Below are positions 44,301 through 59,000 of a stretch of DNA of 64,000 nucleotides, piece after piece. The notes below the pieces were generated by a model. It was not told the DNA's origin, searched no databases, and saw nothing but the letters and a program-made list of their open reading frames with translations. Where the stretch lies: NCBI RefSeq assembly GCF_009914755.1, contig NC_060940.1. One strand, 5' to 3'. The translations under genes and the position numbers were made by a program. Source of the stretch: the human T2T-CHM13v2.0 reference genome, Homo sapiens. Numbering within the stretch: position 1 is the first letter of the stretch; each line of letters begins with the position of its first letter.

Positions 44301-47300
44301 AGGATGATTCTATTCGAGTCCATTCAATGATTCCATTGGATTCCGTTTGATAATGATTCCATTAGAGTTCATTCGATGATTCCCTTCGAGTCCATTCGAT
44401 TATTTCTTTTGATTCCATTTGATGATGATTCCATTCGATTCCATTCAATGATTCCATTCCATTCCATTCGATGATGATTCCATTCGATAATGATTACATT
44501 CGAGCCCATGTGATGATTCCATTAGATTCTATTCAATGATGATTCCATTCGACCACATTCGATGATGGCATTCGAGTCCATTCGATGATTTCACTCGATT
44601 CCACTTGATGATGATTCCTTTTGAGTCCATTTGATGATTACATTCGAGTCCATGAGATGACTCCATTCGATTCCATTTCATGATGATGCAATTCGAGGCT
44701 ATTCGATCATCCCATTTTAGTGCATTCGGTGATTCTCTTTTATTACATTCGATGAGGGCTCCATTCGAGTCCATTCAATGATTCCATTAGATTCCACTCG
44801 ATGATGATTCCATTTGAGTCCATTCAAAGATTCCTTTCGAGTCCATTCGATAATTCTATTGGATTCCACTAGGTGATGATTCCTTTCGAGTCAATTCGAT
44901 GATTCCTTTCAAGTGCCTTCAATGATTCCATTCGATTCCATTCGATGACGATTCATTTCAAGTCCATTCAATGGTTCCATTCTGTTGAATTTGATGGTTC
45001 CATTTGATTCCATTCGATGATGATTCCATTCGTGTCCATTGGATGATTCCATTCGATTCCTTTCGAGGAAGATTCCATTCGACTCCATTCGATGATTCCG
45101 TTCGATTCCATTCCATGATGATTCCATTTGATTCCATTCCATGATTCCATTCGATACCATTCGATGATGATTCCATTCGACTCCATTTGATGAATCCATT
45201 CAATGCTTCCATTCGAGTCCATTCGATGATTCCATTCGATTCCATTCCATGAAGATTCCATTCGAGTACATTTGATGATTCCATTTAATTCCATAGGATG
45301 ATGATTCTATTAGGGTCCGTTGACTATTCCATTCAATTCCATTCGAAGATTCCATTCGAGTCCACTCGATGATTCTATTTGATTCCATTTGATAATTCCA
45401 TTCGATTCCATTTGATGTTGATTCCATTCGAGTCCATTCGATCATTATTACATTTGATTCTATTCGATGATTCCATTCGATTCCATTTGATGAGGATTCC
45501 ATTCGAGACCATTTGATGATTCCATTCAATTCCATTGGATGATTCCAATATTTTCCATTAGATGATGATTCCATTCGATTCCATTCAATGATGATTCCAT
45601 CAGAATCCATTCGATGATGACTCCTTTTGCTTCCATTCAATGATCATTACATTCGGTTCCATTCGATGATGATTCCTTTGGATTCCATTCGATGATGCTT
45701 CCATTCGATTCCATTTGATGATGATTCTTTTCGATTCCATTTGATGATGATTCCATTTGATTCCATTCGATGGTGATTCCATTTGATGATTCCATTCGAT
45801 TGTATTCGATGATGATTCCACTCGATTCTATTTGATGATGACTGCATTCGATTCCATTTGATGATTCCATTTGATTCCATTCGATGATGATTCTGATCAA
45901 TTGCATTCGATGATCCATTCGATTCCATTTGATGGTTCCATTTGATTCCATTTGATAATGATTCCTTTCGAGTCCATTCGATGATTCCATTTGCGGATAT
46001 TCGATAATTCCATTTGAGTCCAACCGATGATTCCATTCGAGGCCATTCAATCATTCTTTTTGAGTCCTTTCGATAAAGATTCCATTTTAGTCCATTCAAT
46101 AATTCCACTGGAGTCCATTCGATGATTGCTTTTAATTCCATTCGATGATATTCCATTCGAGTCCATTCGATGATTCCATTCGTTGCTATTAGATGATGAT
46201 TCCATTCATGACCATTTGGTGATTCCATTCGATTTCATTCGTTGATGATTCCATTCGAGTCCATTCCATGATTCCATTCAAGTCCATTTGATGATTTCTT
46301 TGAATTCAATTCGATGATGATTCCATTCGAGTCCATTCGATGATTCCATTCAGTTCCATTCGATGATGATTCCTTTCGAGACCATATGATGATTCCATTT
46401 GATTTCATTCGATGATGATTCCATTCGATTCCATTCGATGATTCCATTCTATTCCATTCGATGATGATTCCATTCGAGTCCATTTAATGATTCCATTGGG
46501 TTCAATTCAATGATGATTACATTGGATTCTCTTCTATGATACCATTCAATTCCGTTCATTGACAATTTGATTCCATTCGATGATGATTCCATTTGAGTTC
46601 ATTCGATGATTCTATTCGATTCTCTTCGATGGTGATTCAATTCTATTATATTGGATGATTCCATTCGATTCCATTTGATGTTGATTCAATTCGATTCTAT
46701 TCGATGATGATTCCATTGGATTTCATTTGATGATTCTATTCGATTCCATTCAATGATGATTCACTTCTCGTCCATTGGATGATTCCATTTCATTCCATTC
46801 GATGATGATTCCATTCGATTCCATTCGATGATTCCATTTGATTCCATTCGACGGTGAGCAATTCGATTCAATTCCATGATGATTCTATTTGATTCAGTTA
46901 GATGATGTTTCCATTCGAATCCATTCCATGATTATTCCATTGGAATCCATTCGGCGATGATTCCATATGAGTCAATTCAATGATGCTTCCATATGGGTCA
47001 GTTCGATGATAATTCCATTTGATTTCATTCGATGCTTCTATTCAATTCCAGTCGATGATGATTCCGTTGGAGTCCATACGATGACTCCATTTGATTTCAT
47101 TTGATGATGATTCCATTCGATTCCATTCGATGACTCCATTCTGTTCCATTCGATGATGATTCCATTCGAGTCCATTCGATGATTCCATTCGAGTCCATTT
47201 CATGATTCCATTGGGTTCAATTCGATGATGATTACACTGGATTCCATTCTATGATTCCATTCAATTCCATTCGTTGATGATTCGATTCCATTCAATGATG

Positions 47301-50210
47301 ATTCCATTTGAGTTCATTCGATGATTCTATTCGATTCCGTTCGATGGTGATTCAATTCTATTATATTGGATGATTCCATTCGATTCCATTTGATGATGAT
47401 TCCATTCGATTCCATTCGATGATGATTCCATTTGATTCCATTTGATGTTGATTCTATTCGATTCTATTCAATGATGATTCCATTCGATTTCATTTGATGA
47501 TTCTATTCGATTCCTTTCGATGATTCTATTCCATTCCATTCGATGATGATTCAATTCTCTTCCATTGGATGATTCCATTTTATTCCATTCGACGATGACT
47601 CCATTTGATTCCATTCAATGATGATTCCATTCGATTCCATTCGGTGATTCCATTTGATTCCATTCGACGGTGAGCAATTTGATTCAATTCCATAATGATT
47701 CTATTTGATTCAATTAGATGATGTTTCCATTCGAATCCATTCGGTGATGATTCCATTGGTATCCATTCGACGATGATTCCATATGAGTCAATTCGATGAT
47801 GATTCCATACGAGTCCGTTGGATGATAATTCCATTTGATTTCATTCAATCCTTCTATTCGATTCCACTTGATGATGATTCCATCTGAATCCATTCTCCGA
47901 TTCCATTCGATTTCATTCGATGCTTCTATTTGATTTCATTCGAAGATGATTCCTTTCAATTCCGTTCATTAATTCCATTTGATTCCATTCGATGATGATT
48001 CCATCCGATTCCATTGGATGATGATTCCATTCGAGTCCATTCGATGATTCCGTTCTAATCCATTCTATGATTCCATTCGAGTCCATTCGATGATTCCATT
48101 CGATTCCATTCAGTGATGATTCCATTTGATTCCATCTGATGATGATTTCATTTGATTCCATTCGATGATGATTCCATTGGAGTCCATTGAATGATTCAAT
48201 TCAATTCCATTCCATGTGGATTCCATTCGAATTCATTCGATTATTCCATTCAAATCCCTTCGTTGATTCCATCTGATTCCACTTGACGATGATTCCATTC
48301 AAGTCCAATCGATGATTCCATTCGGTTCCATTCAATGATTCCATTCGAGTCCATTTATGTATTATATTCGTGTCCACTTGATGACTCACTCCATTCAATT
48401 CCATTTAATGATGATTCCATTTGATTCCATTTGATGATTCAGTTCGATTCCTTACAATGATTCCCTACGATTCCTTTCTATGATGATTCCATTCGATTCC
48501 ATTCATTGATGATTCCATTCGACTCCATTCGATGATGATTCCTTTCGATTCCATTTGACGATGTTTCCATTTGAGTCCATTCGATGATGATTCAATTCAG
48601 TTCTGTTCTATTGTGAATCCATTCGATTTCATTCAATGCTTCTATTTGATTCCATTCGACGATGATTCCATCTCTTTCCCTTCGATGATTCCATTTGATT
48701 CCATTCAGTGATGATTCCATTTGATTCCATCTGATGATGATTTCACTTGATTCATTTCAATGATGATTCCATTCAAGTCCATTCGATGATTCCATTGGAG
48801 TCCAAACGATCATTCCATTCGATTCCATTCAATGATGATTCCATTCATGTCCATTCAATGAATCCTTTCAATTCCATTCGATGATGACTCCATTCGAGTA
48901 CATTCGATGATTCCATTTGATTCCATTTGATGATGATTACATTCAATTCCATTCGAAGATGATTCCATTCAATTCCACTTGATGATGATTCCGTATGAAT
49001 CCATTCGCTGATTATTCCATTCGATTCCATTCATTGACGATTCCATTCGATTCCATTCAATGATGATTCTCTTCTATTGCATTCGATGATTCCGTTCGAT
49101 TCCATTCGATGATGATTCCATTAGATTCCATTCGATTGTTGCATTCGATTCCCTTCGATGATGATTCCTTTGAATTCCATTCGATTATGATTCCGTATGA
49201 ATCCATTTGATGATTATTCCATTGGATTCCTTTCGATGATGATTCCATTCGATTCCATTTGATGATGTTTCTCATGTATTCCATTTGATAATTCCTTTCA
49301 ATTCCCTTCGATGATGATTCTTTCGAGTCAATTCGATGATTCTATTCCATTCCCTTCGATGATGATTCCATTTCACTCCATTCGATGATTCCATTCGATT
49401 CAATTTGGTGATGATTCAATTCGATGACATTCGATGACTCCATTCAATTTCATTTGATGATGATTACATTCGAGTCCATTTGATGATTGTATTCCTTTCC
49501 TTTTGATGATTATTCCATTCGTGTCTATTCAAAGATTCCATTCTATTCCATTCAATGATGATTCCAATTGATTCCATTCAATGATTATGGCTATCGATTC
49601 CACTCGTTGATTCCATTTGATTCCATTCGATGATTATTCCGTTAGATTCCATTAGGAGATTCCATTCGATTTTATTCAATGATTCCAATTGATTCCATTC
49701 AATGATGATTCCATTCCACTCCGTTCAGTGATTCCATTTGAGTCCATTTGAGGATTCCATTCGAGTCCATTTGATGATTCCATTCTTTTCCATTTGATGA
49801 TGATTCCATTAGGGTCCATTCAATGATTCCATTCGAGTCCATTCGTTAATGCCTTTCGAGTCCTTTTGATCACTACATTCGAGTCCATTCAATGATTCTA
49901 TTCGATTCCATTCCATGATGATTCCATTCGAGTTCATTCGATGATTGCATTCGAGTCCATTTGATGATTCCATATGATTCCATTCGACAATGATTCCATT
50001 CGTGTCCATTTGATGATTCCATTCATTTCCTATCGATGAAGATTCCATTCGAGTGTATTCGATGATTCCATTCAAATCCATTCGATGATGATTCCATTCC
50101 AGTCCATTCGATCATTCCACTTGATTCCATTTGATGACTATTCCATTCAAATCCATTTGATGATTCCATTCGATTCCATTCGATGTTACCATTCCAGTAT
50201 ATACGATGAT
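38387..50210 (+). repeat. Type C unit copy 2 (11,824 bp; most complete unit)
   Basis: ORF offset 38516->50340 and landmark offset 39057->50881 are both 11,824. It contains all modules seen elsewhere in the window. Confidence 0.9.
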
Positions 50211-53200
50211 TCCACTCGATTCCATTTGATGATTATTCCATTGGAGTCGACTTAGTGAATCCTTTAGATTCTACTCGAAGATGATTCCATTCGAGTCCAT
50301 TCGATGATACCATTCAATTCCATTCGTTGATGCTTCCATTCAAGTGCATTCGATGATATCATTCGATTCCATTTGATGATAATTCCATTTGATTCCATGT
50401 GATGATTCTATTCCATTCCATTCAATGATAATTCCATTCAATTCAGTGATTCCTCTGGACTCCATTTGATGATGATTCCATTCAATGATTCCATTCGATT
50501 CTATTCGAAAATGATTCCATTTGAATCCATTTGATGATGATTCCATTCGATTCCATTTGATGATTCCATTCGATTCCATTCGACGATGATTCCATTCGAT
50601 TCCATTTGATGATTCCATTCTATTCTATTCGATGATGATTCCATTCGATTCCATTCGATGATGATTGGATTCGATTCCATTTGATGATTTCATTTGATTC
50701 CATTCGATGATGATTTCGATCAATTCCATTCGATGATTCCATTCGATTCCATTTGATAATGATTACATCCGAGTCCATTCGATGATTCCATTTGAGCCCG
50801 TTCGATAATTCCATTTGAGTCCAATCAATGATTCCATTCATTTCCATTCAATGATTCCATTCGAGTCCATTTGATCATTCCGGTAGGGTCCGTTCGATGT
50901 TGATTCCATTGGAGTGCATTCGATGATTCCATTCGAGTCCATTTTAGGATTTGATTCGAGTCCTTTCGATGATTCCATTCGATTCCACTCGATGCGATGA
51001 TGATTTCATTCGAGTCCATTCGACACTTCCAATCGATTCCATTTGATGTTTCCATTCGAGTCCAATTGATGATTCCATTCAATTCCATTCGATGATGATT
51101 CCGTAGGATTCCATTCTGTGATGATTCCATGTGATTGCATTCAATGATGATTCCTTTCGATTGCATTCGATTATGATTCATTTCGTGTTCATTCTATGGT
51201 TCCACAGGTTTCACATCGTGTCCATTCCATTATTCCATTCTATTCCATTTGATGATGATTCCATTCGATTCCATTCATTGGTGATTCCACTCAATTCCAT
51301 TCAATGATTCCATTCCATTTCTTTCAACAATGATTCCATTAGTTTCTAATCGATGATCCACTTGATTCCATTTGACGATGATTCCATTCTTGTCCATTCG
51401 ATGATTCCATTTGATTCCATATGATGATGATTCCATTCGATTCCATATGATGATGATGCCATTCGAGTCCATTCAATGGTGATTCCATTCAATTCCATTC
51501 GGTGATTCCTTTCGATTCCATTTGATGATGATGGCATTTGATTCCTTTCAATCATTCCCTTTGATTCCACTCAAAGTTGATTTCATTCAAGTCCATTCGA
51601 TAATTGCATTCGATTCCATTCTATGATGATTCCATTCGAGTCCATTTGATGATTCCATTCAATTCAAGTCAATGATGTTTCCATTCGATTCCATTCGATG
51701 ATTCCATTGGATTCCATTCGATGATGATTCCATTCAAATCCATTCGATAATTCAATTCACGTCCATTCGATGATGATTCCAATCGAATCCATTCAAAGAT
51801 TCCATTCAATTCCATTCGATGATTCCCTTAGATTCCATTCGATGATTCCACTTGATTGCATTTACGATGATTCCATTCGATTCCATGTGATGATTCCATT
51901 CAATTCTATTCAATGATGTTTCCATTTGATTCCATTCGACCATGATTGCCTTTGATTCCATTCAATGATTCCATTCGGTTCCGTTTGATGATGATTCCGT
52001 TCGATTCCATTTGATGATTCCATTTGATTCCATTGGATGAGTCCATTCGATTACATTCGATGATTATTCCATTCGAGTGCATTAGATGATTCCATTCGAG
52101 TCCATTCGATGATTCCATTCGAGTCCATTCGATGTTGATTCTGTTCAAATCCATTCGATGATTCCACTCGATTCCATTCGATGACTCCATTTGATCCCAT
52201 TCGATGATTTCCTTTGATTCCCTTTGATGATCATTCCATTTGATTCAATTCGGTGATTTCATTGGATTCCATTCAGTGATGTTTCCATTCGACTCCATTC
52301 GATGATGATTCCATTCGACTACATTCGATTATGATTTCATTCAATTCCATTCGATAAAGATTCCCTTCGAGTCCAATCGATGATTCCATTCGATTCCATA
52401 CAACGATGATTTGATTCGTGTCCATTCGATGATTCCATTTGATTCCACTTGATGAGGATTCCATTCGACTCCATTTGATGATTCCATTCAATTCCATTCT
52501 CCGATGATTTCTTTTGAGCCCATTCAATGCTTCCACTCGATTACATATGATGATGACTCCATTCGATGAAACTCGATGATGATTCCATTCGCTTGCTTTC
52601 GATGATGATTCCACTTGAGTCCGTTAGAAGATTCTATTCAATTACATTCCATGACGATTCTGTTCGAGTCCATTTGATGATTCCATTACACTCCATTCGA
52701 CAATGATTCCATTCAATGTTATTCGATGATTCCATTCGATCTCATTCGATGATGATTCCATTCAACTCCATTCGATGTTTCCATTCGAGTTCATTCTATT
52801 ATTCCATTAGATTCCATTCGATGATGATTCCATTCGATTCCATTTGATGATTGCATTCTATTTCATTTGATGATGATTCCATTCGAGTCCATTCGATGAT
52901 TCCATTCGAGTCCATTTAATGAATCCATTGGTTTCAATTCTATGATGATTATATTGGATTCCATTCGTTGATGATTTCATTCGATTCCATTCAATGATGA
53001 TTCCATTCAATTCCATTCAATGATTCCATTCAATTCCATACGATGATGATTCCATTTGATTTGATTCAACAGTGAGCCATTCGATTCAATTCCATGATGA
53101 TTCTATTTGATTCACTTGGTTGACATTTCCATTCGGTTCCATTCGATGATGATTCCATTTGATTCCATTCAAAGATGATTCCATTCTAGCCCATTCAATC

Positions 53201-56000
53201 ATTCCATTCGATTCTATTCAATGATGATTCCATTCATGTCGATTTGGTGATTCCATTTGACTTCATTTGATGATGATTCCTTTCAAGTTCATTAGATGAT
53301 TCCATTCGATTCCATTTGATGATGATCCCATTCGAGTCCATTCAGTGATTCCACTCGTTTCCATTCCATGATGATTCCATTCCATTCCATTCAATGATTC
53401 CATTCGATTCCGTTTGATGATGATTTCATTCGAGTCCATTTGATGATTCCATTTGATTCCATTCGATGATGATTCCATTCGAGTCCATTCGATGATTCTA
53501 TTCGAATCCATTTGATGATTTCTTTTGATTATATTTGGTGATGATTCCATTGGAGTCCATTCAATGATTCCATTCGATTCCAATCGATGGTGGTTCCATT
53601 AGAGTCCATTTAATGATTCCATTTGATTCCAGTCTCTGATGTTTACATTCGAGTCCATACGATGATTCCACTCAATTCCATATGATGATGATTCCATTCG
53701 ATTCCATTCGATGATTCCATTCTATTCTATTCAAAGGTGATTCCATTCGAGTACATTAGATGATTCCATTCGATTCCATTCAATGATGATTCTATTTGTG
53801 TCCCTTAGATGATTCCACATGATTCCATTAGATGATGATACTATTTGAGCCCATCCAATGATTCCCTTCGATTCCATTCGATGAGGATTCCATTCGATTC
53901 AATTCATTGGTGATTCTATTCAATTCAATTCTTTGATTCAATTCCATTCCATTCGACAATGATTCCATTCGATTTCTTTCGATGATTCCACTCAATTTCA
54001 CTTGACATTGATTCCATTCGATTCCATTCAATGATTCCATTTGATTCCAGTGGATGATGATTGCCGTCGATTCCATTCGATCACTCCATTCTGTTCCATT
54101 TGATGATGATTACATTCGATTCCATTTGATGATTCCATCTGATTCTATTCGAGGATTCCATTTGATTCCATTCGATGATGATTCCATTCGAGTCCATTCG
54201 ATGATTTCATTCGAGTACATCCAATGATTCCATTCGAGTCCATTTGATGATTCCATTTCATTCCATTTGATTATGATTCTACTAGAGTCCATTCAATGAC
54301 TCCATTCGAGTCCATTCAACAGTTCCATCCGAGTCCATTCGATGATTCCATTCGATTCCATTTGATCATTCCATTCGAGTACATTTAATCATTACAGTCG
54401 AGTCCATTTGGTGATTCCACTGGATTTCTTTTGATAATGATACCATTCAATTACATTTGATGATGATCCCATTCAATTTCATTTGATGATGATTCCATTA
54501 GAGTCCATTCCATGATTTCATTCGAGTCCCTTCATTGATTCCATCCGATTTCATTGGATGATGACTCCATTCGAGTCCATTCGATGATTCCACTCGATTC
54601 CATTAGATGATTCCATTGGAGTCCATTTGATTGTTCCATTCGATTCCATTCGATTCCTTTCGAAGATTATTCCATTTGAGTCCATTCGATGATGATTCCA
54701 TTCCATTCCATTCGATGATTCCGTTTGATTCCATTCGATGATTCCCTGCGATTCCTTTCTATGATGATTCCATTCCATTCCATTCAATGATTCCATTTGA
54801 ATCTATTCCATGATGATTCCTTTCGATTCCATTCGCTGATGTTTCCGTTCAATTCCATTCGATGATGATTCCATTCGATTCCATTCATTGAGGATTCCAT
54901 TGGATTCCATTCAATGATGATTCCATTCTATTCCATTCAATGATTGCATTCAATTCCATTCAATGATTATGCCATTAGAGTAAATTCAACGATTCCATTC
55001 AATACCATTCGATGATGATTCCTTTTGAGTCCATTCAATGATTTCATTCAAGTCCATTTGATGATTCCTTTCAATTCCATTCCATGATGATTCCATTCGA
55101 GTCCATTCGATGATTCCATTCGATTGCATTCGATGATTCCATTATATTCCATTCAACGATGATTCCATTCGAGTCCATTCGATGATTCCATTAGAGTACA
55201 TTTAATGATTGCTTTGTTTTCAATTCGAAGATGATTACATTGGATTCCATTCTATGATTCCATTCGATTGCATTCATTGATGATTCCACCCAATTCCATT
55301 CGATGATGATTCCATTCGATTTCAATGATTCTACTCGATTCCATTCAATGATGATTCAATTCTATTCCGTTTGATGATTCCATTAGATTCCATTCTATGA
55401 TGATTCCATTCGAGTCCATTCGAAGATTTCATTCGATTACATTCCATGACGATTCCATTCGAGTCCATTCGATGATTCCATTTGAATCCATTCGACGATG
55501 ATTCCATTTGATGCTATTCGATGATTCCATTGGATTCCATTCGATGATGATTCCATTCGACTTGATTTGATGTTTCTATTTGAGTCCATTCGGTTATTTT
55601 ATTAGACTACATTCGATGATGATTCCATTCGATGCCATTCAGTGGTTCCATTTGATTCCACTCAATGATGATTGCATTCGTGTCCATTCGATGATTCCAT
55701 TTGGTTCCATTTGATGATGATTCCATTCGAGTCCATTCGATGATACCATTCAATTCCATTCGATGATCATTCCATTCGAATCCATTTGATGATTCCACTC
55801 AATTCCATTTGATGACTCCTTTCATTCCCATTCGATGATTCCCTTCAGTTCCAATTGGATGATCTTTCCATTTGATTCAATATGGTGACTCCATTCTATT
55901 ATATTCAATGATGATTCCATTCGACTCCATTAGATGATGACTTCATTCCATTCCATTCGATTGTGATTTCATTCGATTCCATTCGAAGATGATTCCATTC
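50211..56000 (+). repeat. Type C unit copy 3, truncated at ~56000
   Basis: Matches 38387-~44195 (ORF offsets 41457->53263 and 43801->55607 = 11,806). It then jumps to A-unit sequence. Confidence 0.85.
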
Positions 56001-59000
56001 GAGTCCATTCGATGATTCCATTCGATTTCATTCAACGATGATTTGATTCGTGTCCATTCGATGATTCCATTTGATTCCACTTGATGATGATTCCATTCGA
56101 GTCCATTTGATGATTCCATTCAATTCCATTCTCCGATGACTTCTTTTGAGCCCATTCAATGCTTCCACTCGATTCCATATGATGATGACTCCATTCGATG
56201 AAATTCGATGATGATTCCATTCGCTTGCATTCGATGATGATTCCACTTGAGTCCACTAGAAGATTCTATTCAATTACATTCCAAGACGATTCCGTTCGAG
56301 TCCATTTGATGATTCCATTAGACTCCATTCGACGATGATTCCATTCGAGGTTATTCGATGATTCCATTCGATCTCATTCGATGATGATTCCATTCAACTC
56401 CATTCGATGTTTCCATTCGAGTTCATTCTATTATTCCATTAGATTCCATTCGATGATGATTCCATTCGATTCCATTTGATGATTGCATTCTATTTCATTT
56501 GATGATGATTCCATTCGAGTCCACTCGATGATTCCATTCGAGTCCACTCGATGATTCCATTCGAGTCCATTTAATGAATATATTGGTTTCAATTCTATGA
56601 TGATTACATTGGATTACATTCGTTGATGATTTCATTCGGTTCCATTCAATGATGATTCCATTCAATTCCTTTCAATGTTTCCATTCAATTCCATACGATG
56701 ATGATTCCATTTGATTTGATTCGACAGTGGGCCATTCGATTCAATTCCATGATGATTCTATTTGATTCAATCGGTTGACATTTCCATTCGATTCCATTCG
56801 ATGATGATTCCCTTTGATTCCGTTCAAAGATGATTCCATTCTAGCCCATTCAATCATTCCATTCGATTCTATTCAATGATGATTCCATTCATGTCGATTT
56901 GGTGATTCCATTTGACTTCATTTGATGATGATTCCTTTCAAGTTCATTAGATGATTCCATTCGATTCCATTTGATGATGATCCCATTCGAGTCCATTCAG
57001 TGATTCCACTCGTTTCCATTCCATGATGATTCCATTCCATTCCATTCAATGATTCCATTCGATTCCGTTTGATGATGATTTCATTCGAGTCCATTTGATG
57101 ATTCCATTTCATTCCATTCGATGATGATTCCATTCGAGTCCATTTGATGATTCTATTCGAATCCATTTGATGATTTCTTTTGATTATAGTTGGTGATGAT
57201 TCCATTGGAGTCCATTCAATGATTCCATTCTATTCCAATCGATGATGATTCCATTAGAGTCCATTTAATGATTCCATTTGATTCCAGTCTCTGATGATTA
57301 CATTCGAGTCCATACGATGATTCCACTCAATTCCATATGATGATGATTCCATTCGATTCCATTCGATGATTCCATTCTATTCTATTCAATGGTGATTCCA
57401 TTCGATTCCATTCAATGATGATTCTATTTGTGTCCCTTAGATGATTCCACATGATTCCATTAGATGATGATACTATTTGAGCCCATCCAATGATTCCCTT
57501 CGATTCCATTCGATGAGGATTCCATTCGATTCAGTTCATTGGTGATTCTATTCAATTCAATTCTTTGATTCCATTCCATTCCATTCGACAATGATTCCAT
57601 TCGATTTCTTTCGATGATTCCACTCGATTCCACTTGACATTGATTCCCTTCGATTCCATTCAATGATTCCATTTGATTCCAGTGGATGATGATTGCCATC
57701 GATTCCATTCGATCACTCCATTCTATTCCATTTGATGATGATTACATTCGATTCCATTTGACGATTCCATCTGATTCTATTCGAGGATTCCATTTGATTC
57801 CATTCGATGATGATTCCATTCGAGTCCATTCGATGATTTCATTCGAGTACATCCAATGATTCCATTCGAGTCCATTTGATGATTCCATTTGATTCCATTT
57901 GATAATGATTCTACTAGAGGCCATTCAATGACTCCATTGGAGTCCATTCAACAATTCCATTCGACTCCATTTGATGATTCCATTCGATTCCATTTGATGA
58001 TTCCATTCGAGTCCATTTAATCATTACAGTCGAGTCCATTTGGTGATTCCACCGGATTTCTTTTGATAATGATACCATTCAATTACATTTGATGATGATC
58101 CCATTCAATTTCATTTGATGGTGATTCCATTAGAGTCCATTCGATGATTTCATTCGAGTCCCTTCATTGATTCCATCCGATTTCATTGGATGATGACTCC
58201 ATTCGAGTCCATTCGATGATTCCACTCGATTCCATTAGATGATTCCATTGGAGTCCATTTGATTGTTCCATTCGATTCCATTCGATTTCTTTCGAAGATT
58301 ATTCCATTTGAGTCCATTCGATGATGATTCCATTTCATTCCATTCGATGATTCCGTTTGATTCCATTCGATGATTCCCTTCGATTCCTTTCTTTGATGAT
58401 TCCATTCCATTCCATTCAATGATTCCATTCGAATCTATTCCATGATGATTCCTTTCGATTCCATTCGCTGATGTTTCCTTTCAATTCCATTCGATGATGA
58501 TTCCATTCGATTCCATTCATTGAGGATTCCATTTGATTCCATTCAATGATGATTCCGTTCTATTCCATTCAATGATTGCATTCAATTCCATTCAATGATT
58601 ATCCCCTTAGAGTAAACTCAACGATTCCATTCAATACCATTCGATGGTGTTTCCTTTTGAGTCCATTCAATGATTTCATTCAAGTCCATTTGATGATTCC
58701 TTTCAATTCCATTCTATGATGATTCCATTCGAGTCCATTCGATGATTCCATTCGATTGCATTCGATGATTCCATTATATTCCAGTCAACGATGATTCCAT
58801 TCGAGTCCATTCCATGATTCCATTAGAGTACATTTAATGATTGCTTTGTTTTCAATTCGAAGATGATTACATTGGATTCCATTCTATGATACCATTCGAT
58901 TCCATTCAATGATGATTCCACTCAAATCCATTGGATGATTCCATTCGTGTCCATTCGGTGATTTCATTAGATTCCATTCGAGGATGATTCCATTCGATTC

